Positions 42,314-54,905 of a stretch of 64,000 nucleotides of DNA are shown here, one piece after another. Position numbers and translations under genes: made by a program. The notes beneath the pieces were generated by a model. It did not search any database. It was not told where the DNA came from and saw nothing but the letters and a program-made list of their open reading frames with translations. The first letter of the stretch is position 1. Each line of letters begins with the position of its first letter. This stretch comes from the human T2T-CHM13v2.0 reference genome, Homo sapiens, in NCBI RefSeq assembly GCF_009914755.1, contig NC_060937.1; one strand, 5' to 3'.

Positions 42314-44594
42314 TAATATATCCCTAATGGAATAAATTAATTTTCCAACATAGGGGAATGTACACTCTGGCAGTAATTAAAAATTGTGTTCTCAAAAATG
42401 TTTAAAGAAATTGGGAAGTGTAAATGATATATGAAAAAGCAAGCCACAAAACAGCATACACAGAATAAAACCAATTGCATAGAATATATGTAGTCATAAG
42501 GATAGGAAATATATTAGAAGAATATACCCCAAAATGTTCATACTGGTTACCTTTGAGTATTGGGATATGGTTGATTTTCATTTTCTTCTTCATCTTTGCT
42601 CTATTTTCTGCTTTCTTTTTACAATGAACATGCATTACCTTGAAAATTGGCAAGAATGGTAAACTATTTTTAAAATAATAGCATTGAAAAGATTAAGTTA
42701 AATTTGTGTCACTCATGAGGCACTGATTTTAAAATATTTAAGTTAAACTGTCTATCTTGAGTGAACAGAAAATATTGATTTTGTACAAAGTGTGTGGCAG
42801 GGGGAGAAAGTATATCCTTTTCAATCCCGTGAGCTCGCTGATGTTAAGTGATTTATTTTCTGTACTCCATTCACACTTAGCAATAATAATCTTATTGCTA
42901 TTTCCTCCAGAGGCTATTATAAGGCTTACCCGAAATAGCAAACACTTTATGAACTGTGAATCACTGAGGATCCCAAAGTTTCATGTAAGAATACGTCCCC
43001 AACCCATCTAAATCAACTCCAGCTCAATTTCACATTTCTATCAGTGCACGATCACTTTCCAGGTATTGAGACTGGGTACTTGAAACCTTTCCTTCACTTC
43101 CTTCATCTTCATGCCATGCAACCATTTGATCACCTTTTGCATCTTTCTTCAAAATATTTATTGTAGCAATCTGTTCTTCTCTGACTCCCCAGCTATGATG
43201 CTCATTGTGACCCAGGCTATTTGATGCCTATGTTATTATAGTAACCTTCTACTTTAGAGAGGTATGGTCTCTGAGCAAAACTGCCTTGGTTCAAATCTAG
43301 GCTCTACTTCTGTGTAGCTTTAGGCAAGTTTCTGAAATTCTCTATGCACTTCCTTCTTCATATGTGAAATGGAAATGGTATTAATACCTAATTTATTAAT
43401 TTATTCTTAAGATTAAATGGGCTATATATGCAAAAGTACTTAGGACAGTGACCGAGGGCATAGGAAATCAACAAATGTTAGTTATTTTAATTATTATTAT
43501 TGATTTATTTACTGCTGCTTTGGGCCTTTTGGTCAGGTCAACATTCTAAAGTTCTATTATGTCACTCTTTTGGTTATAATCCCCATATGAGTACTGCACT
43601 AGGTAAAGGCTGACTAGGTTGTTTGGGCAAAATATCGTATTTGGAACAACATGAGGAACTGGACATCTCAGAGATACCTAGGCAGGGAGAAAAATTTTGA
43701 GACCAAGACCTGAACAAGCAATAAAGACAGTGGAGGTGAAGATTCTTTTCCCTCAAATTATTTGTTGATTTCAAATTGAAAGCAGTGAATGAAAGGCTGA
43801 GAAGTCTGAACAGAGATTTCAGCAATGTAAAGAGGTCTAAGGGATAAAATTGCACCCAAGGATCTATCAGCAAGGAGAGGCTCTGAAAAACATCACAAGC
43901 TTTTGTTTGAAGAAAGGGTCAACTAAAGAAGCATATCTCACAAGAAGTGAAGCCCAGTTTAGAATTATCTCAATTCCCAACTGGATTAAAATAATTGACT
44001 TCTAGCCTCTCTGCCTACCAGAAGCAAAAATAAATACCTCTGGAAGAAGTTAACATGCTGAAGAGCCTCAGAATATTAGCACTCTATCAAAATAACAAGC
44101 CGTATAAGAAAATAAGTTTTGACAGAAAACCAAGAGGGAAAAAAAGACAAGAGAAACATATCCACAGATGAACTGGATCTTGAATAATAATAAGACACAG
44201 ACTTTAAAATAACTACAATTAATAAATGGAATTAAAAATCAAGATGGATAAATTTGGTACCAGAAAAACTGAGAACCAAATGAATATCCTAGATTGGAAT
44301 AAAATTTAATAAATAAAATTAAAGACTGAATAGAAACAGTAGATTAGACACCGCTGAAGAAAGAATAGTGAAATGGACTATAGGACAGTAGAAAATATAC
44401 AGACTAAAGCAGAGAGACAATGGAGAATTAGAAAAGAGCATAAAAATGTTAATATAAGGAACCCAGTGAAAATGTTTAACATATATGTTATTGGAATTCT
44501 GTTAAGTGAAAAAGAGAAGAAAATAAGATGACATATTTAAAGAAATATGTCCAAGAATGTCCTAAAAGTGATGAAGGTTAGTAAGATACAGAGA

Positions 44595-45324
44595 TATAAT
44601 CACCTGATGGGTTCTTCCTGCCCCTGCACAGAAAAATCAATTCACTGAGACCACAGCATTGCAGTAAATAGTTTAACTGACAAGAGGTCAGCTATATGTG
44701 AGATGGAGTTATTACTCAAATCACTCTTCTTGAGCTCAGAGGTTAGAGTTTTTATAGATGATTTGGTGGGCAGGGGACTTCTGATTGGCTGGGGATGAAA
44801 TCATAGGAGTGTTGAAAATGATTCACATGCACTGAGTCCACCTTTGGGTGGGGCCACAGGACTGGCTGAGTTATAAATCATGGATTCAGGCAGGATCAGT
44901 TGATTGCCAGGAAGTCTGAAAAAAAATCTCAAAAGACCAATCTAGGTTCTACAGTAGTGATGTTATCTACAGGAGCAACTGGAAAGTCATAAATCCTGTG
45001 GCCTCAGGCCACATGACTCCTGAGCATTAAGGGATTATAGAAACCATACCTACATTTTATCAGAACTCAGGCCCCTCCCATAATCCTAATCTTGTGGCCT
45101 TTCATTAGTCTTACAAAGGGTGGTTTCAGTTCCCCAACAGGGAAGGGATTTGTTTTAGGGAGGGATTATTATCATCCTTGCTTCAAAGTTAAACTATAAA
45201 TTCCTCCCAAAGTTACCCAGGCTTACACCCAGGAATGACCAAGAACATCCTGGAGGTCAGAAGCAAGATGGAGTCAACTATGTCAGATTTCTCTTACCGT
45301 CATCATTTTGCAAAGGTAATTTCA
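44595..45324 (-). mobile_element. LTR8-family (LTR8A/8B-like) ERV1 solo LTR
   Basis: Minus strand begins tgaaattacctttgcaaaatgatgacggtaagagaaatctgacatagttgactccatcttgcttctgacctcc and ends gggcaggaagaacccatcaggtgattata. Confidence 0.78.
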
Positions 45325-47294
45325 ATCATACAAGAAATACTTCAAATCCCAAGCATGAAAATACAAAGTAAAGCACATCTGGTCACATCAAAATAAAGCT
45401 GCCAAAGACCAAAGGCAAAGTCTTAAATTAACATCGGGTAGAATTTTAAAAAGCATACTTCCTTCAAAAAGCAACAATTAGATTGATGCTGACTTCTCAA
45501 CAGAAACAACAGAAACCAGACTAACTGAAAGAAAATAACAACTAACCTATAATTCTCTAACCAGTAGAAATACACTTCAATAATGAAGGCAAATGGGATT
45601 ATAAAGGATAATACGTCTGAATAAGAAAACAAAGGCACTTCTATTTGGATTTCAGTGTTGTGTAGTACCTAATTATGTTTTCTTCCTTTCTATTAAAAAC
45701 TTAGAGCCAATACTATGATAATACAAATTCATCAGAGACAAATGTTGATTTTGTTATCAATTGTTTACAGAGATTAAAATTCATTTCTTATCTATGTTTT
45801 GAAATCACATTACTATGAAATTCTCTATAATGTAAAGAACAGGAAAATGAAAGTGGCATTTGTTTACACAGCAGTGGAAACACACTAAGCAAACCATTCT
45901 ACCGATAACACCTGTTAGCTGGCATTAAAAAAAAAAAAGGTAAAAGTATTTTCAACAAATAAACAGTGAGAGATTTCATCACAAGACCCATACTAAAGAA
46001 TATGATTTTTTGAGTACCTGAAAAATTATCCCAAACAGAAGCACAGAGATGCAGGAAGAAATGAAGAGCATGAAAAAAGGTAAAAATATGGGTAATTACA
46101 AATGTATGTTGACTAGCAAAATCTTGAGGAGTCTTGAATATACGCAGAATTAAAATTTATGACAACAAAATGAAAAAGGTAGAAGGGGTATAAGTGGAGT
46201 TAAAATCATCTAAGATTCTAGCATTATCAGAGAAACAGTAAAGATAAAAATCCATTAGACTTTAACAACTCAAGGATGCCTATTATAATCTCCAGGATAA
46301 TTGCTAAAAGAATATATAGCTAATGACATAATAGAGGAAAATGGAATAATAAAATTATTTAATTAATCCAAAAGAAAAAAGGAAAAGTAACATTTAACAG
46401 GTAGGAGTAGAAAAAACATGGTAAGAAAATAGATTCAAATCTAATATAAATCAGTAATTATATTAAGTGTAAATATTTTTAAAAACCAAATAAATGACAA
46501 ATTGTATTACAGTAGAAAAAACAAAACTCAACTATATGTTCATCATAGGAAATACACTTTAAATATAAGGGCACAGAAAGGTTGAAATAAAAGGATAGAA
46601 AAGATACACCATGCAAACACTAATAAAAGCTGACGTGCCTATACTAAGATCAAAGTAGAACTTAAGGCAAGAAGTATTACTAAAGATAAAACGGTGGCAT
46701 TTTATAAAAATCACAGTGTCAATATGCCAAGAAAATATAACAATTGTAAAATATGCATGTATCTAATAATATAGCCTCAAAGTATATAAAACAAAAACTG
46801 ACCTAACTGGAAGAAATAGATCTGCAAGTACATCTCTCTCAGTAACTGACAGAACAGGCAGCCAGAAAAATCTATAAGGATATAGAAGATTTGAACAACA
46901 TAGGTAAAGACTCAACCTAATTCAGACATAGAGAGAGAGAACACTGCATCAAGCAACTGAAGAATACCAATTATTTTCAAGTGGACATGGAACATTTACC
47001 ACAATTGAATGTATACAGGGCCATAAAGCAAGTCTTAGCAAATTGAAATGATTGAAATCAGAGTATACAAACCATATACTTTGTGCAAACCATAATGAAA
47101 TTGAGCTGGAAATCAGTAACAAAAAGATAATTGGAAAATCCCCATATATTTGGAAGTTAAGCAATGTACTTGTAAATAGCCAATAGATCCAAGAAGAAAT
47201 TCCAGTGGATATCAGAAAATATTTTAACTGAATGGTAATTAAAAGGTGACATATCAAAACATGTGAGACGCAGGTAAGTGTACTTAGATGAAAA

Positions 47295-47623
47295 TGTTGT
47301 AGGACTTTCTCCTTAGCTCAGCTAAAAACCGGGTTCTTTGGGTTCTTGTCACATAACCAGGAAAAGATTAGGCTTGTGGACACACAGAAGGGTAAGAAAA
47401 ACGAAATTTATTGGGTGTAAAAGGAAAAAAACTCAGCAAAGCGAAAGGGGTTCCTGTTAACAGGCCCCCATCTCACAGACTGAATCCTAGGTTGCCACCC
47501 AGAAACATGAGAGGCCAAGCTCCTTCCCCCCTGCAAACAGTGCGAACTTCCCGAGGTCCCGCCCCATCCACCCGGTGGCAGGTCGGAGGTTCTCCCGGGA
47601 GCCCTTTTTACTTGGCTGTTTCG
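47295..47623 (-). mobile_element. Short ERV1 solo LTR (MER48/MER61-like)
   Basis: Minus strand gaaacagccaagtaaaaagggctcccgggagaacctccgacc...aataaa...gacaagaaccc...agctgagctaaggag...caaca. GC-rich island within L1. Confidence 0.7.
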
Positions 47624-48183
47624 GAAACTGATGGTCTTAAGCACACATATTAAAAAAGAAGAACGGTTAAAAACCAATGATTGAGACTTCCAGAATGACT
47701 GAGTAAGGGTTAGGATGGATTCTTTCCATCCTCAAAGAATTTTTACTATTTGACCTGTTTGGCAGTTCACTGAAAAGCTTCCTTCACAGAATTTGTCTTT
47801 ATTTGACTTGACTCAGAGCTTACTCTGTGCAAATAACCCTATCCTCAGGGCATTTGTAAAAAAAAAAAAAATGGTAATTGTTTAATATCATAGCTGCCTG
47901 ATTTGGCATTACTAGCTGGGGTTAACCATAGGCTTGACCAATAACTGAAAAAGAAAAACTGGAGAATAAGACGGAGACTTTGAAAAGTTTTGATATAGTC
48001 CTGAGAATTTGGGTCACATGCATGTGACTGTGCACATGGCTGAGAAAGACCTGAGAAGGCCATAATCTCTCACCTCAGGCTGACTTTGAGGCTCTCACAA
48101 GAAGGAAGCGAAGGCTAGGCAGAATCATAAACTGCCTGCATGATCACTAAAGGTATGCCCAACCTGCACCCCCGACTCCCAAC

Positions 48184-48186
<3 letters not shown>

Positions 48187-48237
<51 letters not shown>
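48187..48237. repeat. (AC)25 microsatellite
   Basis: Read directly. Confidence 0.97.
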
Positions 48238-48242
<5 letters not shown>

Positions 48243-48584
48243 CCCCTCAGCAAAGGAAAGGAGACATCAGTTCATGGAGATCTCTGTCCAGTCATTAGCT
48301 GATCGTTAAGCTAATAAGCAGACTTTAATGCCCACACACGATAAAAAATATAGACTTCATAGAATTTGTCCAAGAAAGTCACTAAATGAACAAATAGCAA
48401 CAGCAACAACAATAAATGCCACCAACAAAACTTGGGAGTGGAAATCTCATTTTTAGTTACTATATTATTTTAAGTGTCCAACTTCAACAAAATTTTTTGA
48501 GGCATAAAGAAACAGGAAACCCTTTATTGCAAACAGAGTTATATATAAAGGGGGAAAAGCAGACAGTAGAAACTGTTATTCTAT

Positions 48585-48891
48585 TTTTTTTTTTTGTTTT
48601 GAGACAGGGTCTCACTCTGTCACCCAGGCTGGAGTGCAGTGGCACGATCATAGCTCACTGCAGCTCGACCTCCTGCACTGAAATGATCCTTCCTTCCTCA
48701 GCCTTCCAAGCAGCTGGGACTACAGGCATGCACCACCACAACTGACTAATTTATTTTAGTTTTGTAGAGACAGGGTCTTGTTATGTTGCTCTGGCTGGTC
48801 TCAAACTCCTACCAGGAGGACGCTCAAACCATCCTCCCTCCTCGGCCTCCCAAAGTGCTAGGATTACAGGCATGAGCCACCATGCCTGGCC
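48585..48891 (-). mobile_element. AluJ
   Basis: TSD GAAACTGTTATTCT at 48569-48582 and 48893-48906. Confidence 0.9.
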
Positions 48892-49047
48892 TGAAACTGT
48901 TATTCTCTGAGTAATTGTCTTTTTGGTTATAAACTGTCTCTGAGGAATTGCAGATATTGGGCGATTAAACCAAGATTTTTAGTCAGCTATTACAAATGTA
49001 GTTAAAGAACTAAAAGAAACCATTCCAAAAGAATTAAAGGAAAACAA

Positions 49048-49346
49048 GGCCAGGTGTGATGGCTCACACCTATAATCCCAACAGTTTGGGAAGCCGAATG
49101 GGTGGATCACTTGAGCCTAGAAGTTTGAGGCCAGCCTGGGCAACATGGAGAAACCTTATCTCTAAAAAAACACAAAAAATTAGCTAGGTCTGGTGGCGCA
49201 CGCCTGTAGTCCCAGCTACTTGAGAGGCTGAGGTGGGATGATCACTTGAGTCCAGGAAATTGAGGCTGCAGTTAGCCAAGATCATACCATGCCATTGCAC
49301 TCCAGCCTGAGTGACAGAGACATGTCTCAAAAAAAAAAAAAAAAAA
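49048..49346 (+). mobile_element. AluJ
   Basis: A-tail, degenerate TSD aaag(a/c)attaaaggaaa. Confidence 0.9.
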
Positions 49347-49399
49347 GCATTAAAGGAAAGAATTAAAAACTATGCCTTACCAAAAAGAGACAGAAAAGT

Positions 49400-49505
49400 A
49401 TGTGTGCATACATATATATATGTGTGTGTGTATATATATATACACACACACACACTTTGTATACATATACTTTTATATAGATATATAGAAAAAATATATA
49501 TATAG

Positions 49506-49546
<41 letters not shown>

Positions 49547-49580
49547 TATAGAAAAGCACATATATCCTTTTCTATATATA
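49400..49580. repeat. Compound (TA)n/(TG)n/(CA)n tract
   Basis: Read directly. Confidence 0.9.
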
Positions 49581-50669
49581 ACCAAACAAATTCTGGAGAC
49601 ACAGTGAAAATTTCTGGAGAAATTCTGGATGGACTAGGGGTCCACTGACAGATGAATGGATAAAGAAATTGCAGCATGTATATAAAGTGGAATATTATTC
49701 AGTCATAAACAGAGAATCCTGCCGTTTGTCACAAGATAGATGAAACTGGAGAATATTATGCTAAGTGAAATAAGCCAGACACAGAAAGAAAAATGCTGCA
49801 CAACTTCACTTATATGTAGAATATTAAAAAAATTAAAAAGAAGCAGTAAGAAAAAAGTCAAATACACAGACAAAGAATAAAATGGCAGCTGCTACGTGTG
49901 GGGAGTGGACGGGAAGAGGGAAATCAAAGGGTACAAAGTTGCAGATATATAGGATAAATAATTTAGAGATCTAAGGTACAACATGAGGACTGTAGTTAAT
50001 AACACTGTATTAAAGATTTTTGCTAAGAGAGTAGATTGTGGGTGCTCTTGCTACAGTGCACAAAAAAGGGTAACTATATGAGATGATGGATATGTTAATT
50101 TACTTGACTATTTAAAAATTTTACTACATGACAAAAATCTTGGAGTTGAAAATGAAAAATTAAAGAGGGATTCAACAGCATATTTGAACTGACAGAAGAA
50201 AAAAATCCATGAACTTGTAAACAGGTTAATTGAGATTATCTAATCTAAGCAACAGAAAGAAAAAAGAATGAAGAAAAATGAACGTAACTTTAGAGACCTG
50301 GGGGACACACTCACGCTACTAGTATTCACATAATATGAGCCCTAGAAGGAGAGGAGACAGAGAAAATGGATGAAAGAATATTTGAAGAAATAATGGCCAA
50401 AAACTTCTGAAATTTGATGAAAAACGGCATCAAATCTGCATATCCAAGAAGCTCAACAATCTCCAAGTAGAATAAACCTCAAGACCAAGACACATCATAG
50501 TCAAACTATCAAAAGCCAAAGACGAAGAATCTGGAAAGCAGCAAGAGAAGTGATTCATCCCACACAAAGCCCCCACCAGAACATGACTTCCTAGAACCAT
50601 GCTCCCGGAACCAATGCTGACAGAATCTAAGGTAACAATCACTTGTGAGTCATCAACAGCACTGCCCTA

Positions 50670-50924
50670 TCAGTGAAGTCAAAGATTGAAGAGGAACTCT
50701 TTCAAACCTTTCAAGTGCCCCCTCCTTTCCTTAAAGTCTTTTATAGGGGTCCCCTTCTTGGCCATCTCCATCCTGTGAGTCAGGACTGAAAGGGCACAGA
50801 CAGGTCACTGCCAGCATTGTTGGGGCAAGCCTGCAAGCACGCATCACTGGGGATCTGACATGACAATGGCCGCCTGCCCCCTCTGAGGGCTACAGGACTT
50901 ACCCCAGTGGGAAGCAGCTAAGCA
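50670..50924 (+). other. CCDC70: CCDC70 non-coding exon 1 (5' boundary approximate)
   Basis: Donor GCA|GTAAGT at 50924/50925 in unique sequence between L1 and L2 remnants. Pairs with the acceptor at 54031/54032. Confidence 0.7.
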
Positions 50925-51229
50925 GTAAGTAACTGTTGGCTTTAGACTGTATAGTATTTGTTCTAAGCATAAGGTAATATATAATATTTTCCTTAAAAAG
51001 AAGCTCCTAGTCTTACAGTATAACTGAAAACTGGGCATGTATCTTTAGTGCATGTTTTTACAGCTATACAGATACACATCTACAGTTTTATATTGTACTT
51101 TATATTTTAATACACATCTACCTATTTGATATGGTTCTTATTTTCTTTCTTTCTTAAAGAAAGTTTAGTGTTCACTTGAGAAAAACTTGGAGGTGAATGT
51201 TTTCCAACATCCTAACCCAGTAGACGCCC

Positions 51230-52320
51230 ATTCATCCAGCTACTATTTCCTGAACACCTATCCTGTGGCAGAACATTTCGCTGGATGCCAGACATAGAGA
51301 TGGAAGATGAGGTGTTTCTAGTGGGACAGGAAGGGCACATGCTCAGTCTGAGCTTAGGAGAGATGGCCTGGAGGAGGTATCTGAGTGCTGAAGGATTCGC
51401 TAGGTGAACTGAAGTGAGGTTGGGCAAGGATATCCAGGGAGAGGGGGCCAGCATGACATGGAAGTGAGGGAGGACTTCACATATTGGAGGGATTCTAGGC
51501 AAAGAGCCATACAACACAGAAAATCAAATTTCCAAAATGCAGTTCAATTCAGTTCAATTCAACCAACATTTTCACCAATTCCCTCCTATATAGGCGGCGT
51601 TATATTATGATAGCTGCTGGGTTACAGAGATGTCAGGAAGACATGTCCACACCTAATTTCAATCAAGTGTGACAAGTAATAGTGGAGTAACAGACAGACA
51701 GTATCGCAGAGGTGGCGAGGAACTTTGTCTGGAGGGTCCGAGTAGCTTTCAGAGGGGAAAGGATGTACAGGAATTCAAGCCCACCACAGGAACAAAAGGG
51801 GCTCTCAGTAGAGGATGCGACATGTGCTTCACCACACAGGCAGGAAACTGCAGGCAGAGTGCCAAGAGCTGAATAGAGCCCGTTAATACTGGGCCTTAGA
51901 TTTGGAGTTGGGTGCAGGCTGGGTAGGAAGGAGAGGGAGAAGCAAGCTGGAGTTGGGCTGCACAAGGCCTTCCTAGGGCGTTCAGCTTTGATCTTTGGGC
52001 TACAGGGTCTTTGAAGGTGTGTGAACTGATGTGATAGGACGAGAGAGTGTTCTAGAAAACACCTGTAGGGCTACAGTGCAGGGGCAGATGAGAGGGTAAG
52101 ATCAATACAGAGAGCAGCGAGACTGTTACAGGCATCCTGGCCTGACCTGGCTGTCATGGGGGAGATGGAACAGGGGCATGGTTTCAGGAAATGTTAAGGA
52201 TCTGGATCTCGGCTAGGAGGGCTTGATGGTTGAGGAGAGAAGTCTGGTGAGGGAGAGGGAAAGGTCAAGGATGTGCCCCTGGTTCTGGTTTGTGTGACTG
52301 GATGGATGGTGATGCCACCA
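51230..52320 (-). mobile_element. L2 remnants in the CCDC70 intron
   Basis: cattcatccagc...tgaacacctatcctgtggcag; ggaggaggtatctgagtgctgaaggat; gtgactggatggatggtgatgcca. Confidence 0.6.
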
Positions 52321-52366
52321 GCTGTCCACAGCCTAGCCACTGTGTCTTCATATGCACGCGCACACA

Positions 52367-52367
<1 letters not shown>

Positions 52368-52408
<41 letters not shown>
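52368..52408. repeat. (AC)20 microsatellite
   Basis: Read directly. Confidence 0.95.
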
Positions 52409-52409
<1 letters not shown>

Positions 52410-52761
52410 CCAGCTATGTGTCTTTTCTCCTCCTCCACTCCCTGTTCCTAAACCAGAAATGGAAAAATACAGAGAAAGCCCTGAAAATTTCCCCAATAGG
52501 TCTCACGGATGATGGGTTGGTGAGATCCACTGAGTGAGGGCCGGACCCTGGCAGCTTCCTCCAGAAAGCACAAAATGGAAAACAATGCTGTCAGCATGTG
52601 CCTGCACTCCTTATCTGACAACACTGAGCTCTTTACTGCACTCTAACCACCTTCCTATGTCCAGCACTTTTTCTCATCCCTTGATTCATGTTTGTAGTTA
52701 CAGGGATTGCTATGGATAATTCTGCTATCTGATTCCTCAGATATATGGCAATGTTTGAAGA

Positions 52762-52857
52762 TCTTTCTCCTTCCCTCCCTCCCTTCCTTCCCTCCCTTCC
52801 TTCCTTCCCTCCCTCTCTTTTTCTTTTCTTTTTTTCTTTTCCTTCTTTCTTCCTCCC
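52762..52857. repeat. Polypyrimidine (CCTT/CCCT/CTTT) tract
   Basis: Read directly, at the tail of an antisense L1ME fragment (about 52860-53440). Confidence 0.88.
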
Positions 52858-53964
52858 AGCTTTTATTTTATTGTGAAATATACTGTATTGACTGGGGTAC
52901 ATAAAATATCCATGTACCACTTAACACATTTTTATAACAACACACATGAAACCGCCACCAAGCAAAGAAAGAGTCCTGCTAGCACTGCAGAAGCCTCTCT
53001 CAAGTACTCACCTAATCACACCCCTTAGTCTCACCTCCTCATCCCACACTCCAAATCCTCCCACACCAGCAACTATTACTCTGACTTTGGGACTCACTTC
53101 CTTGCTTTTCTCTTTCTGTGTTGAAGTATGTTCCCCTAGACAATGGCATTTAGTCTTGCTTGTTTGGAACTTCATTCTTTGAAATTCCCTGATCCTGCTT
53201 CTCTCTTTCAGCATTGGGTTTATAAGATTTACCCATGCTGTTGTAGGCAGCCATGCTGTCTGCCATGTGGATATACTGCCATTTTTTATTCCACTCTATT
53301 GGGATGGTCATTGGATTGTTTCCAGAGTTGAGCTCTTATGAACAAAGCTCCTTGAACACACTTGTACATGTATCCTAGTCACAGTTCCTAAGTTTCCTCA
53401 GGGTTTATACCTGGGACTGGAGCTGCGGGTCATCTGGTGTCTTTCTTATTGTTCCATATTACTAAATATTGTGTGAGGGCCTTCTTGGTCCATGTCCCTG
53501 GAAACATTCACCATCGTCTCTCACCTTTTTGTTTTAAACCACTTTTCCCAAAATAAACTCCTCTCCTAAAATACACTCTCCTCCTCCCCTCTGAGGTCAG
53601 TGGGCCTGTCTTCTGTGTCCCAGGCTCGTAACAGAGGACATTCACACGTGAGCATGCCCATAGGCAGATAGGAACAATTCTCAAGTGAGTACACCAAAAC
53701 CTAAATTCATTCGGATTGATTTAACAAACGTAAATTCTTCTTGGCCTCATCATGTCACACCTATGTGTTCTGATACCCTAGTTGACAGCCACTGTCCTTC
53801 TTGGCTGAGTGTCTACGTTTTTAGCAGCCTTGAGCTTGAATGTACTGACTGCCTCTCCAGCTCAAAGCCATGACCACCCCACATGTTTTTCTACCAAAGC
53901 TTGTCCCTCACAAACACCACCATGTGGACAAAGAGCAGTGATTACATTTTCTCAAATTCAGTAG

Positions 53965-54780
<816 letters not shown>

Positions 54781-54899
54781 CCAGCATGCAGGTGCAGGGC
54801 CCTGTGGTCCAGACTCCCCTGGGTTGGGATTCAAGTCCAGGGTGAGCCCATGTGCTGGAGAAAATACACACTCATTGGTCTCCTTGCTTTGAAAGATCC

Positions 54900-54905
54900 A
54901 ATAAA
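54900..54905 (+). terminator. CCDC70: CCDC70 poly(A) signal AATAAA
   Basis: Canonical hexamer 120 nt after the stop codon. Confidence 0.8.

Larger units (their letters stand above)
43890..50570 (+). mobile_element. Mosaic of decayed L1M pieces (5' region, ORF1, ORF2 endonuclease region, L1MA 3' end) with later insertions
   Basis: A-rich plus strand with L1 motifs such as gatacaccatgcaaacactaa, gaatatttgaagaaataatggccaaaaactt and agatgaatggataaagaaa. No intact ORF. Confidence 0.78.
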
